Assembly: GCA_043825735.1 (NCBI GenBank)
Contig: JBDRRP010000086.1
Span: 75,046-139,045 of the forward strand
Source: Pseudomonadota bacterium
GTDB lineage: Bacteria; Desulfobacterota; Desulfobacteria; Desulfobacterales; JBDRRP01
Length of the DNA: 64,000 bases
Reading direction: 5' to 3'
Shown: positions 9,246 to 17,158 of the stretch, one piece after another
Layout of the letters: each line of letters begins with the position of its first letter
Numbering within the stretch: the first letter of the stretch is position 1
Made by a program: the position numbers and the translations under genes
Notes under the pieces: model-generated
Told to the model about the DNA's origin: nothing
What the model saw: only the letters and a program-made list of their open reading frames with translations
Databases searched by the model: none

Positions 9246-10205
9246 ATGAAAACTTTGATTGTCGGGATGGGAAATATCGGAATTATTCATGGTTGGGCAT
9301 TGTCTCAGGGCGGTGCTGACGTTACTCATGTCGTGCGCAAAGGGACCAGCGCCAGGCATTCGTCCATCACCAGAATGGATATTCTCGATCTGCGTGGCGA
9401 ATCTCCGCAAAACTATAAATCATCATACCAGGCGAAAATAATCGAATCGCCAGTTCCTGAAGATAATTACCGGTTGGTGCTTGTTCCGACTAATCACTTG
9501 CAGGCGGTTGATGCTGTCCGTCAGTATGTCAATCTTTCACCGGATGCCGACTTTCTTATTTTTACCGCCAATTGGGAAGGGACAGGAGCGTTTGACAAAT
9601 TACTGCCGCCTTCCCGGTATCTCTGGGGATTTTCAGTATCTACCGGTGCTCGTAATCGGGAAGGCCTGCTTTTTGCGAATATTCAGAAACAGTATCGTAT
9701 TGGAGAGTTGGATGGATCAATAACCCATAGGCTTGAGACCATCAGTCATTTGTTTGCCAAAGCGCGAATGACCGCCGATATCAAGTCCAATATTATTGAA
9801 TGGCAATGGGTCCATCATGCCATCAATGCCGGTATCATCGGCACTGCTCTTTTTAGTGGCAAACTTCCGGATGAGAACGACAGTATTGAAGTCTGGTTAT
9901 TGATGTATCGAGCGGTTAGGGATGCTCTGGCGGTACTGAGGAAACGTGGTATCGATGTCTGGTCTTATTCGGATGCAAAACCATTTGTGGAAGAAGGCTC
10001 TGAGACAACTGCTGAACGGCTTCGCCAGTCGTTTCTTGCTATGCCGCATTACCAGCGCATCAGGGGATGCAGCCACTTGGATTCCTCTTTGGAAGAGATG
10101 AAGCGATTTTATCTGGATGTTCTGGAAACGGGAGAACGTCTTGAGGTCTCAATGCCGCACCTTGGCTCCATGAAAGAAAGGATCTGTGGTTTCGGAAAAC
10201 GATAA
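9246..10205 (+). CDS. Ketopantoate reductase (ApbA/PanE)-like oxidoreductase
   Basis: Rossmann GMGNIG at the N-terminus (ATG 9246), RIGELDG and a C-terminal helical domain; visibly AT-richer than its flanks. Confidence 0.7.
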   Translation: MKTLIVGMGNIGIIHGWALSQGGADVTHVVRKGTSARHSSITRMDILDLRGESPQNYKSSYQAKIIESPVPEDNYRLVLVPTNHLQAVDAVRQYVNLSPDADFLIFTANWEGTGAFDKLLPPSRYLWGFSVSTGARNREGLLFANIQKQYRIGELDGSITHRLETISHLFAKARMTADIKSNIIEWQWVHHAINAGIIGTALFSGKLPDENDSIEVWLLMYRAVRDALAVLRKRGIDVWSYSDAKPFVEEGSETTAERLRQSFLAMPHYQRIRGCSHLDSSLEEMKRFYLDVLETGERLEVSMPHLGSMKERICGFGKR

Positions 10206-10359
10206 TAAAAGACGAATTTCCGGAGCAGAATATCGATATAAAGAATGGCGGCGCAAATGCATACGCAAGGTCTTCGAGATAGATCCGCTGATCTGCTTCT
10301 GCCGTTATTTTTCTAAAAAAGTTGGCGGTTCGCTATGAATTTTAAGCCCCTGAGCAAAG

Positions 10360-10737
10360 TCAGCGGGCCGGCGCCACGGCACCGAGGTCGCTCAGCCGCT
10401 GCCAGAGGGCGGCGGCATCGGCGGCGCCGGGGGGATCGGGCAGTTGCATGAGGATGCCCAGTCCCTCTGCGGTGTCGTGAAAGTCGGCCTCCGGCGCTGC
10501 GCTGATGACGGCCGTGTTGATGAGCGCGTTGATCGACAGAATCTCTTTCACCAGGGCAAATGCCGGCCTGTCCATCGATTGATCGATCACCATGAGTACG
10601 GGGGACGTTTTTTTTGCCGCAGCCAGGGCGGCCTCGGCGGTGGGGGCCAGTTGGACTTGGGCACCGGCGGCCTTAAGGGCTGCCGTGAATGCTGCCAGTC
10701 GTTCGCGTGTGGATGAGACCACTACGATGTGTGCCAT
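10360..10737 (-). CDS. Receiver-like single-domain protein (degenerate REC)
   Basis: (beta/alpha)5-like pattern with LMVID at the phospho-Asp position, but lacks the N-terminal acidic pair and the KP lysine; last gene of the minus-strand cluster. Confidence 0.55.
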   Translation of the reverse strand: MAHIVVVSSTRERLAAFTAALKAAGAQVQLAPTAEAALAAAKKTSPVLMVIDQSMDRPAFALVKEILSINALINTAVISAAPEADFHDTAEGLGILMQLPDPPGAADAAALWQRLSDLGAVAPAR

Positions 10738-10760
10738 ATTATTGTTTTCTCCGTTTATTA

Positions 10761-11015
10761 TCAGCCGGCCCGTTTGCCGCAGCATGACCCCGGTCCGGCA
10801 CAGCCGGCGGTTTGAGGCGACTGCCCGCAGCAGGCGGTGTCGCCCGACGAAGGGTAGGCCTGGGCGCTCCGGCCGGTAAGGCTGCTGGTGACCGACATCT
10901 GCTTGGCGACGTTGTCGCTGCCGCAGGCCGGGCAGACCAGCGGCGCCGAGGCCGTCGGGGCCAGCATTTCACCGCCATAGCCACAATCGCTGCAGATAAT
11001 GTCGTAGATAGGCAT
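10761..11015 (-). CDS. FmdB-family zinc-ribbon protein with Cys-rich tail
   Basis: MPIYDIICSDCG...CPACGS...; tail CCG...C...CCG; GGAGG RBS before ATG 11015. Confidence 0.8.
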   Translation of the reverse strand: MPIYDIICSDCGYGGEMLAPTASAPLVCPACGSDNVAKQMSVTSSLTGRSAQAYPSSGDTACCGQSPQTAGCAGPGSCCGKRAG

Positions 11016-11016
11016 G

Positions 11017-11487
11017 TCAGTGTCCTCCTTCCAGTGAATGCACAGGGGGGGGGGCTGATGTCGGCTCCGCCGGGCGGTGCCGCTGCCGCTGGTAATAGTC
11101 GGCGATGGCCTCGCCCACGGTGTTGACCGCCAAGCGGGCGCAGTGCAGGTGATCCTCGGGCAGTCCTCCAAGTTCAGTGGCGACCTGGTCCGGCAGTATT
11201 TCCACGGCTTCTTCCAGTGCGGCGCCCAGCGTGAGAACGCTCACAGCGCTGGCGCAGGCCACGGTATAAACGCATCCATCGGGAATCGCCTGAACGCCGC
11301 TGATGTGATCGTTTTCGATCCGGAGGCAAATGTGAATGGCATCGCCGCAGGCGCCAACCGCGGTGGCCTCGGCATCGACGACGGTCAACGCGGCGGTGTT
11401 CCGGGGAAATTGGGCATGCATCCAGAAACGGGCATCCATCAATTCCGGGGCGTGTTCAATATCCAGTTTCGTTTGGATGTGGCTCAT
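11017..11487 (-). CDS. NifU/IscU-type Fe-S cluster scaffold protein
   Basis: GACGD, DGC..TVACAS and LGGLPEDHLHCA motifs. Confidence 0.85.
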   Translation of the reverse strand: MSHIQTKLDIEHAPELMDARFWMHAQFPRNTAALTVVDAEATAVGACGDAIHICLRIENDHISGVQAIPDGCVYTVACASAVSVLTLGAALEEAVEILPDQVATELGGLPEDHLHCARLAVNTVGEAIADYYQRQRHRPAEPTSAPPPVHSLEGGH

Positions 11488-11517
11488 GTTTGACTGCCCT
11501 GTAAAAAGTGATTTTGA

Positions 11518-11598
11518 ACCGCAGAGCGCGCAGAGGAACGCAGAGAATATGATTAATAAATAATGGTTTGCCTCTGTGATCTCTGCGTCCTCTGTGGT
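11518..11598. repeat. Palindromic repeat with arms of three 9-nt units (REP/REPIN-like)
   Basis: ACCGCAGAG-CGCGCAGAG-GAACGCAGAG, AT-rich spacer, CTCTGTGAT-CTCTGCGTC-CTCTGTGGT. Confidence 0.7.
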
Positions 11599-11772
11599 GA
11601 TTTCAGACTTTTTATATAGCCATCAACTTTAAGCGCTATGCGTCATGGCGCTTAGGATTGTCAGGATGGCCGGCATCTTTTGCCACCGGAGCGCCGCAAC
11701 AAGATGCCTTTCTCTGCGCCCCTGCGTCTCAGCGCGAGAACAGGATTTTTTCCCGTCAACGGAACGGATGCT

Positions 11773-12153
11773 TCAGTGCCCGCCGCCCCCGCCGCAGGTG
11801 TGTTCCTGGCTGAACTGGGGCAGTTTGCCCGCGATAATGGCCTCAATGGCCTGGCCCACCGTGGGGGCGTCGCCGCCATGATAGACTTCGATTCCCACCT
11901 GATTGAACCCCATCAGGGGCCGCAGGCCCATGCCGCCGGCGATGAGTTTTTTCACGCCGTGCTGGGCCAGGTAGTTCACCGGTGCCATGCAGCCCCCCTG
12001 CTGATGGGGCACATTGGGAACCACTGTTACGGTCTTCACCGCGTCGTTGTCGACGGCCACCAGGGTGTACAGGTCGCAGTGGCCGAAATGGGCGCCCAGT
12101 CGGGCGTCGAGCCCGCCGGGATTTTCTGAGGGAACAGCAATCAATGTCTCCAT
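11773..12153 (-). CDS. NifB/NifX (MTH1175-like) metallocluster-binding protein
   Basis: IAVPS...HFGHC...PHQQGGC...IAGGMG; C-terminal HTCGGGGGH; AAGGAG RBS before ATG 12153. Confidence 0.85.
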   Translation of the reverse strand: METLIAVPSENPGGLDARLGAHFGHCDLYTLVAVDNDAVKTVTVVPNVPHQQGGCMAPVNYLAQHGVKKLIAGGMGLRPLMGFNQVGIEVYHGGDAPTVGQAIEAIIAGKLPQFSQEHTCGGGGGH

Positions 12154-12371
12154 TTTTTTCTCCTTTGAGGTGAATTCAGCGGTGATGTTATCGATGATGG
12201 ATCGTTTGCGGTTCAAGCGCCGGTCGCAGCATGCAGCGCGGAGCAAAAAGTGGCTGGCGCCGGCCTGCAACAACCCTATTTTCTGCATGCACGGTTAAAC
12301 ATAATGCAACAGTTGGTCTGCGCTCGCGGCCATGTCGGACGACAGGCTTTACCAAGATTTATTTTTTAATA

Positions 12372-13292
12372 TCAGTTCGTTTTGTTTTCTCCGTGTTCTC
12401 TGTGAACTCCGTGGTGATTCGTCGCTTTCGCGATTGATAAAATCTTTTGCCATGCGTCTTTGAGCAGATCGCCGGTGCCGCTGTCGGCAAATTCGGTAAT
12501 GGCTTTTTTCGCGACCATGGCGTGGGTAAAGGCCGGGTCGTGGGGTAGACGGGCCACCACGGGGACCTTCAGCTGCATGCAGAAGGCTTCGGTTTCGGCA
12601 GTGACCTCAGGGCTCAGATCCCACTTGTTGATGATGACGGCCATGGGCATGTTAAAGTGCCGGCACAGCGTGATGACCCGTTCCAAATCATGCCTCCCCG
12701 AGGGTGTGGGCTCGGTGACGATGACCGCGAGATCCTGGCCGGAGAGTGCGCTGATGACCGGGCAGCCGATCCCTGGAGGTCCGTCCGAAAGAATCAGCTT
12801 AAAGCCGTTTTGCGCGGCCATCTCTTTGGCCTTTCGGCGCAGCAGCGACACCAGAAGTCCGGAGTTTTCTTCGGCCGGAAAGAGCTGGGCGTGCACCATG
12901 GGGCCAAACCGGGTGCCGGACTGATACCACTTGCCGCACTGCTTGGGGATGAAGTCGATGGCGCCTTCCGGGCACAGCGCCACGCAGACCTTGCAGCCTT
13001 CGCATCGGATGTCGTCGATGTGCAGGCCGTCGGCATCGCTGAAAACGGCGCCGTAGCGACACAAGATCTGGCACTGACCGCACAGGGAGCAGCGATCCGG
13101 TGCGATGACGGCCGCGTGTCCGGACCAGAACTCATGGACCAGCGCGTGATCAGGGCTCAGCAGCAGGTGAAGATCCGGGGCGTCCACATCCAGGTCGCAG
13201 ATAATGTGATCAGCGCTCAAATGGGCGAAGGCGGCGGTGAGCGACGTTTTGCCGGTGCCGCCCTTGCCGCTGATGACAAGGATTTCATGCAT
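12372..13292 (-). CDS. MinD/ParA-superfamily P-loop ATPase with 4Fe-4S ferredoxin insert (ORP-type)
   Basis: SGKGGTGKT, DLDVDAPDL, CSLCGQC...C and CEGCKVC...C, DGPPGIGC, VTEPTPSG. Confidence 0.9.
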   Translation of the reverse strand: MHEILVISGKGGTGKTSLTAAFAHLSADHIICDLDVDAPDLHLLLSPDHALVHEFWSGHAAVIAPDRCSLCGQCQILCRYGAVFSDADGLHIDDIRCEGCKVCVALCPEGAIDFIPKQCGKWYQSGTRFGPMVHAQLFPAEENSGLLVSLLRRKAKEMAAQNGFKLILSDGPPGIGCPVISALSGQDLAVIVTEPTPSGRHDLERVITLCRHFNMPMAVIINKWDLSPEVTAETEAFCMQLKVPVVARLPHDPAFTHAMVAKKAITEFADSGTGDLLKDAWQKILSIAKATNHHGVHREHGENKTN

Positions 13293-14160
13293 GCGTCACC
13301 TCCTCGGCCGCAGCCACAAGCCGGGAAATACCTTCGGCCATGTCCACAAACACCTTGTGGTGTTCCCTTGATTCTGCGGCGATGACCCGGCCATTGGCAT
13401 AGCTGCGGGCGATCCCGCTGTCATAGGGGATCCGGGTCAGTATCGGCAGTTTCTGCCGATGGCAGAATTCGGTGACGCTGTCGTCGCCGATACCGTCGCG
13501 ATTGATCACCACCGCCATGGGGATACCCAGCGTTGAAAAGGCCTTGTGTGCCAGTTGCAGGTCATAGTTGCCAAATGGCGTGGGTTCGGTGACTAAAACG
13601 ATCAGGTCGCTGTCCATGACGGCGCTGACCGCCGGGCAACTCACGCCGGGGGGCGCGTCGATGATGATATCCGTCTCATCATCGGCATAGGTGTCGGCAA
13701 GATGGGTTTTCACCACCCGCATCAAGGGCGGACTCATGGCTTCGCCAACCCGAAGTCGACCCATGACAAAATCGTGATCGCCGACTTTCCCGAGGCCGAC
13801 ATCGCCCAGTTCACGGCGACCCGGCGTCAGGGCGCCCTCCGGACAGACAGCAAGGCAGCCGCCGCAGCCGTGGCACATCTCGGGGAAGATGAGCAGGACC
13901 TCTGCCATGACGGTGATGGCTTTGAATTGGCAAAGGTCTGCGCAGGCCATGCAGTGAGTGCACTTGCTCTCATCCGCCACTGGAATTTCCAGATAGGCCG
14001 CCGCGCGGTGGGTAATATCCGGCTTGAGAAACAGGTGCAGGTTGGGCTCTTCCACATCCAGGTCAACGGCCACCACCGGCCGTGGCCACACATGGGTCAG
14101 CGAGGCCGCCACTGTGGTCTTGCCCGTACCGCCCTTGCCGCTGGCAATAGCGATTTTCAT
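13285..14160 (-). CDS. MinD/ParA-superfamily P-loop ATPase with 4Fe-4S ferredoxin insert (ORP-type)
   Basis: SGKGGTGKT, DLDVEEPN, CTHCMAC...C and CHGCGGC...C, DAPPGVSC, VTEPTPFG. Confidence 0.9.
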   Translation of the reverse strand: MKIAIASGKGGTGKTTVAASLTHVWPRPVVAVDLDVEEPNLHLFLKPDITHRAAAYLEIPVADESKCTHCMACADLCQFKAITVMAEVLLIFPEMCHGCGGCLAVCPEGALTPGRRELGDVGLGKVGDHDFVMGRLRVGEAMSPPLMRVVKTHLADTYADDETDIIIDAPPGVSCPAVSAVMDSDLIVLVTEPTPFGNYDLQLAHKAFSTLGIPMAVVINRDGIGDDSVTEFCHRQKLPILTRIPYDSGIARSYANGRVIAAESREHHKVFVDMAEGISRLVAAAEEVTHA

Positions 14161-14525
14161 CGACCGTGCCCCTGCCGATTGGGGGCTTCGGCCCAGTCGA
14201 CAGTCCCCTGCCGATACCGTTCGATCGCATCGCGAACAGTCATGTTTTCAAGGTTCTGCCCCACTTGAATGCCGGCGGCGGATAGGGCCATGTAGGCCTT
14301 GGGCCCGACAAACCCAGTCAACACGATTTTTGCGCCGGCAGTGACCACCGTTTCGGCGGCCTGGATACCGGCACCCTGGGCCATTGTCTGGGCCCGGCCG
14401 TTTTCCACATACCGGTGCTCCATGGTCTGGGGGTCCACGATAACGAACCCGGCCGCACGGCCGAACCTGGGATCGAGGGCGTCCTCGAGGGTGGGGCCTT
14501 CGCTGGTGATGGCAATCTTTGTCAT
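14157..14525 (-). CDS. NifB/NifX family (MTH1175 / orange-protein-like) protein
   Basis: KIAITS...DPRFGRA...GAGIQAA...LTGFVGPKA. Confidence 0.88.
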   Translation of the reverse strand: MTKIAITSEGPTLEDALDPRFGRAAGFVIVDPQTMEHRYVENGRAQTMAQGAGIQAAETVVTAGAKIVLTGFVGPKAYMALSAAGIQVGQNLENMTVRDAIERYRQGTVDWAEAPNRQGHGR

Positions 14526-14542
14526 GTCTCACTCCTTATAGT

Positions 14543-14688
14543 TAGTGTCCATCCATAAACGGCATCTTTTGCCCCCTGGCGGCGTACTCACTCGTCTTCA
14601 ATCCTCGAAATAGCAGGCTTTTTCTCCGGTTGAAGACTCGTTCGAGCCTTGCCAGGAACCAAAATCTATCATTTCTGGACGGACACTA
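14543..14688. mobile_element. MITE-like element with 17-bp imperfect terminal inverted repeats
   Basis: TAGTGTCCATCCATAAA ... TTTCTGGACGGACACTA; internal palindrome GTCTTCAA...TTGAAGAC; related copies at 53978 and 63506. Confidence 0.65.
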
Positions 14689-14732
14689 GTTAAGCGCGTA
14701 CGCCCGCAGTCTTTAAGCGAGCCCCGGGCTAT

Positions 14733-14760
14733 TGTCAAGAAAAAGAGCATATGCTCATAA
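14733..14760 (-). promoter_or_regulatory. Palindromic operator GAGCATATGCTC next to a TTGACA -35 box
   Basis: Perfect 12-bp palindrome at 14745-14756; minus-strand TTGACA at 14733-14738; -10 box not clear. Confidence 0.6.
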
Positions 14761-14973
14761 ATTTCGATGTAAGTTCGAGGTCTGCCAGGGGTGTCATTTC
14801 TTACAACATCTCCCGGTGAGTTGCCCGCTGGATAGGGGTCAAGGGTCCGAGTGAAAAGCAACTCAGCAAACAGCAAGATATTTTTTCAGTTTGTGCGCCC
14901 TTAGGCACCCGGCATTGGGAGTGTGTTTTGGTCGAATCTTTAACCTGATCGGCGCAGCCCTCGAACCCTTTTA

Positions 14974-15234
14974 TTAAGACCGCTCACCCTCGATGCGCGC
15001 CAGACGGGCTTCAATCGATTCCAACGCCGCCGCCAGCCGTGTCAACTGGGCCGATGCCGGGGCCGATTCGATGTCGGCCATAGGGGTCGGCTCGAGTGCC
15101 GCCCGTTGCTGGAACCACCGATATCGCTGACCTCTGCCGCCATAGCCGCGACCATCCCTTGCGCCGCAGCGACCGAATCCGCCGCCGGTCATCGGGCCGC
15201 CGCCCCTCGGACCTGTCTGATCAAAACCTGGCAT
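14974..15234 (-). CDS. DUF5320-like Gly/Arg-rich small protein with C-terminal coiled coil
   Basis: MPGFDQTGPRGGGPMTGGGFGRC...LESIEARLARIE; GGAGG RBS. Confidence 0.75.
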   Translation of the reverse strand: MPGFDQTGPRGGGPMTGGGFGRCGARDGRGYGGRGQRYRWFQQRAALEPTPMADIESAPASAQLTRLAAALESIEARLARIEGERS

Positions 15235-15302
15235 GATGCACCTCCGTTAAATAGTGGTTATCAGTGGCGCTCCCGGCTGGGGAGCGCTGGGTCTCCTTAT
15301 CT

Positions 15303-15659
15303 CTATTGCCCGCCTGTGCGTCTTCGCCTTCCACGGCGCAGCCAGTCATCAGCGGGTTCGATGGCGTCGACGACTTCGAAGTGCCCCCCCTCAATGTGTA
15401 TGGCCCAGCCATTGGTCAGCGCGAAGGCGACGATTTTATGCGCTTCAGTCAGCATTCGTGAAAATGTGGGGCGAGAAATTCCCATCATTTCGGCCGCCGC
15501 CAGATGTTCCAGCCCTTCGGCATCGGCCAGGCGCAAGGCTTCAAAACCTTCAACGGGCAGCTTGATCCCGCTCAGTTCATGACCGGGAACCCCCTGTGGT
15601 TTGTAGATCCGGTGGGCCGGGTGCTGACTGACGCGTCTGCATTTTCGAGGACGGGGCAT
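15303..15659 (-). CDS. DUF134 (UPF0251) putative DNA-binding protein
   Basis: MPRPRKCRRV...YKPQG...EALRLADAEGL...AAEMMGISRPTFSRML...IEGG. Confidence 0.88.
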   Translation of the reverse strand: MPRPRKCRRVSQHPAHRIYKPQGVPGHELSGIKLPVEGFEALRLADAEGLEHLAAAEMMGISRPTFSRMLTEAHKIVAFALTNGWAIHIEGGHFEVVDAIEPADDWLRRGRRRRTGGQ

Positions 15660-15683
15660 GGGTTTCGCCTCGCAGGGGGTTAA

Positions 15684-15745
15684 GAGCATATGTGCATAAT
15701 AATGGCATTCGCGGCGCTGTCAACAGTTTTTACGAACATATGCTC
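15684..15745 (-). promoter_or_regulatory. Sigma70-type promoter of the DUF134 gene bracketed by two GAGCATATGCTC-like operators
   Basis: Minus-strand TTGACA (15718-15723), 16-bp spacer, TATTAT (15696-15701); GAGCATATGTGC at 15684-15695 and GAACATATGCTC at 15734-15745. Confidence 0.7.
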
Positions 15746-16000
15746 AAAAAGATTCGCTGCCCTCTGTTTTGCGCCATTTTGGCGCTGTTGGCGAGAATGG
15801 TTGACACGGTTCGCCCTTGACGTGTATTTATATTGGCATATTAGCTAGATACGGCGCCGGAGATCACCATGCGCGAATCGACCTGATTGGGTCTGTTGCT
15901 GCCTCGTTCCCCCTCCATGCACTTCTTTGACCCACTCGGCCTGCTTTCGCCCGGAATAAGCAGCCACCGTGTTCCATACTCACTGTGAAAGAATGCCATC

Positions 16001-17158
16001 GTGAATGCTCAGGACTGGAAGCTGTTGATCGTCGATGACGAGTCGGACATCCGGGAGGTTATGGCGCTGACCCTGGAAGACGCGGGGTACCAGGTGGAAA
16101 CCGCCTCGGACGGGGAGGCCGGTTTGCGCCGGTGCGCCGAAGCTGCCCCTCAAATCCTTGTCACCGACATCCGGATGCCCAAAATGGATGGCATCCAGTT
16201 GCTGGAGACCGTCAAACATCGGTTCCCGGACATCGAGGTGATCGTGATGACGGCATTCGGAGAGATGGACATGGCCATCCGTGCGCTCCAGTTCGATGCC
16301 TCCGATTTTATCACCAAACCGGTCAACAGTGATGCGCTCACACTGGCACTGAAAAGGGCCCAGGAGCGCTATGTCGCCAGAAAGAAGCTCAAGGACTACA
16401 CCGCGCTGCTGGAGCAGGAAGTGGATGATCAGGCCCGGCTGCTGCATCAGGACAAAATGCTCTCCCTCGGCCGCCTTGCCGCCAGCGTGGTGCACGAGAT
16501 CAACAATCCCCTGTCGGGCATTCTCAATTACATCCGCCTGATGCATCGCATCATGACCCGCGGCGATCTCGATGCGTCGCAGCGGGAAAAATTCCGAGGC
16601 TATCTGGAGCTGGTGGAAACTGAAACCGCGCGGTGCTCACAGATCGTTTCCGGCCTGCTGGCCTTCTCCCGCAAGTCTGAGCCATCGTTTTCAACAGTGC
16701 GCATCGATGACCTGATCGCACGCTGCGTGGCCCTGAGCCGTCACAAACTGGAGCTGCAGCACATCACGCTGGAAATCCGCCTGCCCGAGGCGCTGCCGCC
16801 GGTGCGTGGTGATATGAACCAGCTGCAGCAGTGCATCATCAACCTTGTCTTCAATGCCATCGACGCCATGCCCGACGGCGGCACCCTGACCATCAGCGCC
16901 ACCGGCAGCCGGAAGGAAAACGTCGCCCGGATCACCGTCAGCGACACGGGCTCGGGAATTGCGTCATCGGAGCTGGCGAAGATTTTTCAGCCGTTTTACA
17001 CCACCAAAAAGGACGGACACGGGGTAGGGCTGGGGCTGTCAACGGTATCGGGCATCATGGAGCACCACCATGGCGCGGTCTCTGTGGAAAGCCGCCCCGG
17101 AGACGGGGCCGCCTTTACCCTTACCATTCCCCTTCAAGGAGATGCGGAGAGCCCATGA
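16001..17158 (+). CDS. Soluble REC-histidine kinase (N-terminal receiver, HisKA, HATPase)
   Basis: IVDDE, TDIRMP, MTA, TKP; H-box VVHEINNPL; NAIDAM, DTGSGI, GVGLGL. Confidence 0.92.
   Translation: MNAQDWKLLIVDDESDIREVMALTLEDAGYQVETASDGEAGLRRCAEAAPQILVTDIRMPKMDGIQLLETVKHRFPDIEVIVMTAFGEMDMAIRALQFDASDFITKPVNSDALTLALKRAQERYVARKKLKDYTALLEQEVDDQARLLHQDKMLSLGRLAASVVHEINNPLSGILNYIRLMHRIMTRGDLDASQREKFRGYLELVETETARCSQIVSGLLAFSRKSEPSFSTVRIDDLIARCVALSRHKLELQHITLEIRLPEALPPVRGDMNQLQQCIINLVFNAIDAMPDGGTLTISATGSRKENVARITVSDTGSGIASSELAKIFQPFYTTKKDGHGVGLGLSTVSGIMEHHHGAVSVESRPGDGAAFTLTIPLQGDAESP

Noticed and set aside
10206..10320. attC site after the AT-rich ApbA-like gene
   Set aside because: A GCCGTTAT end-like motif is present, but no matching RYYYAAC or convincing stem.
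11017..14525. Nitrogen-fixation cluster
   Set aside because: NifX-like and NifU-like genes occur without nifHDK or nifEN; the ATPases are MinD-type with ferredoxin inserts, not NifH.
16831..17154. N-terminal extension of the sigma54 activator given in the ORF track
   Set aside because: It overlaps the kinase gene in another frame and is low-complexity; the ATGA overlap at 17155 is the better start.
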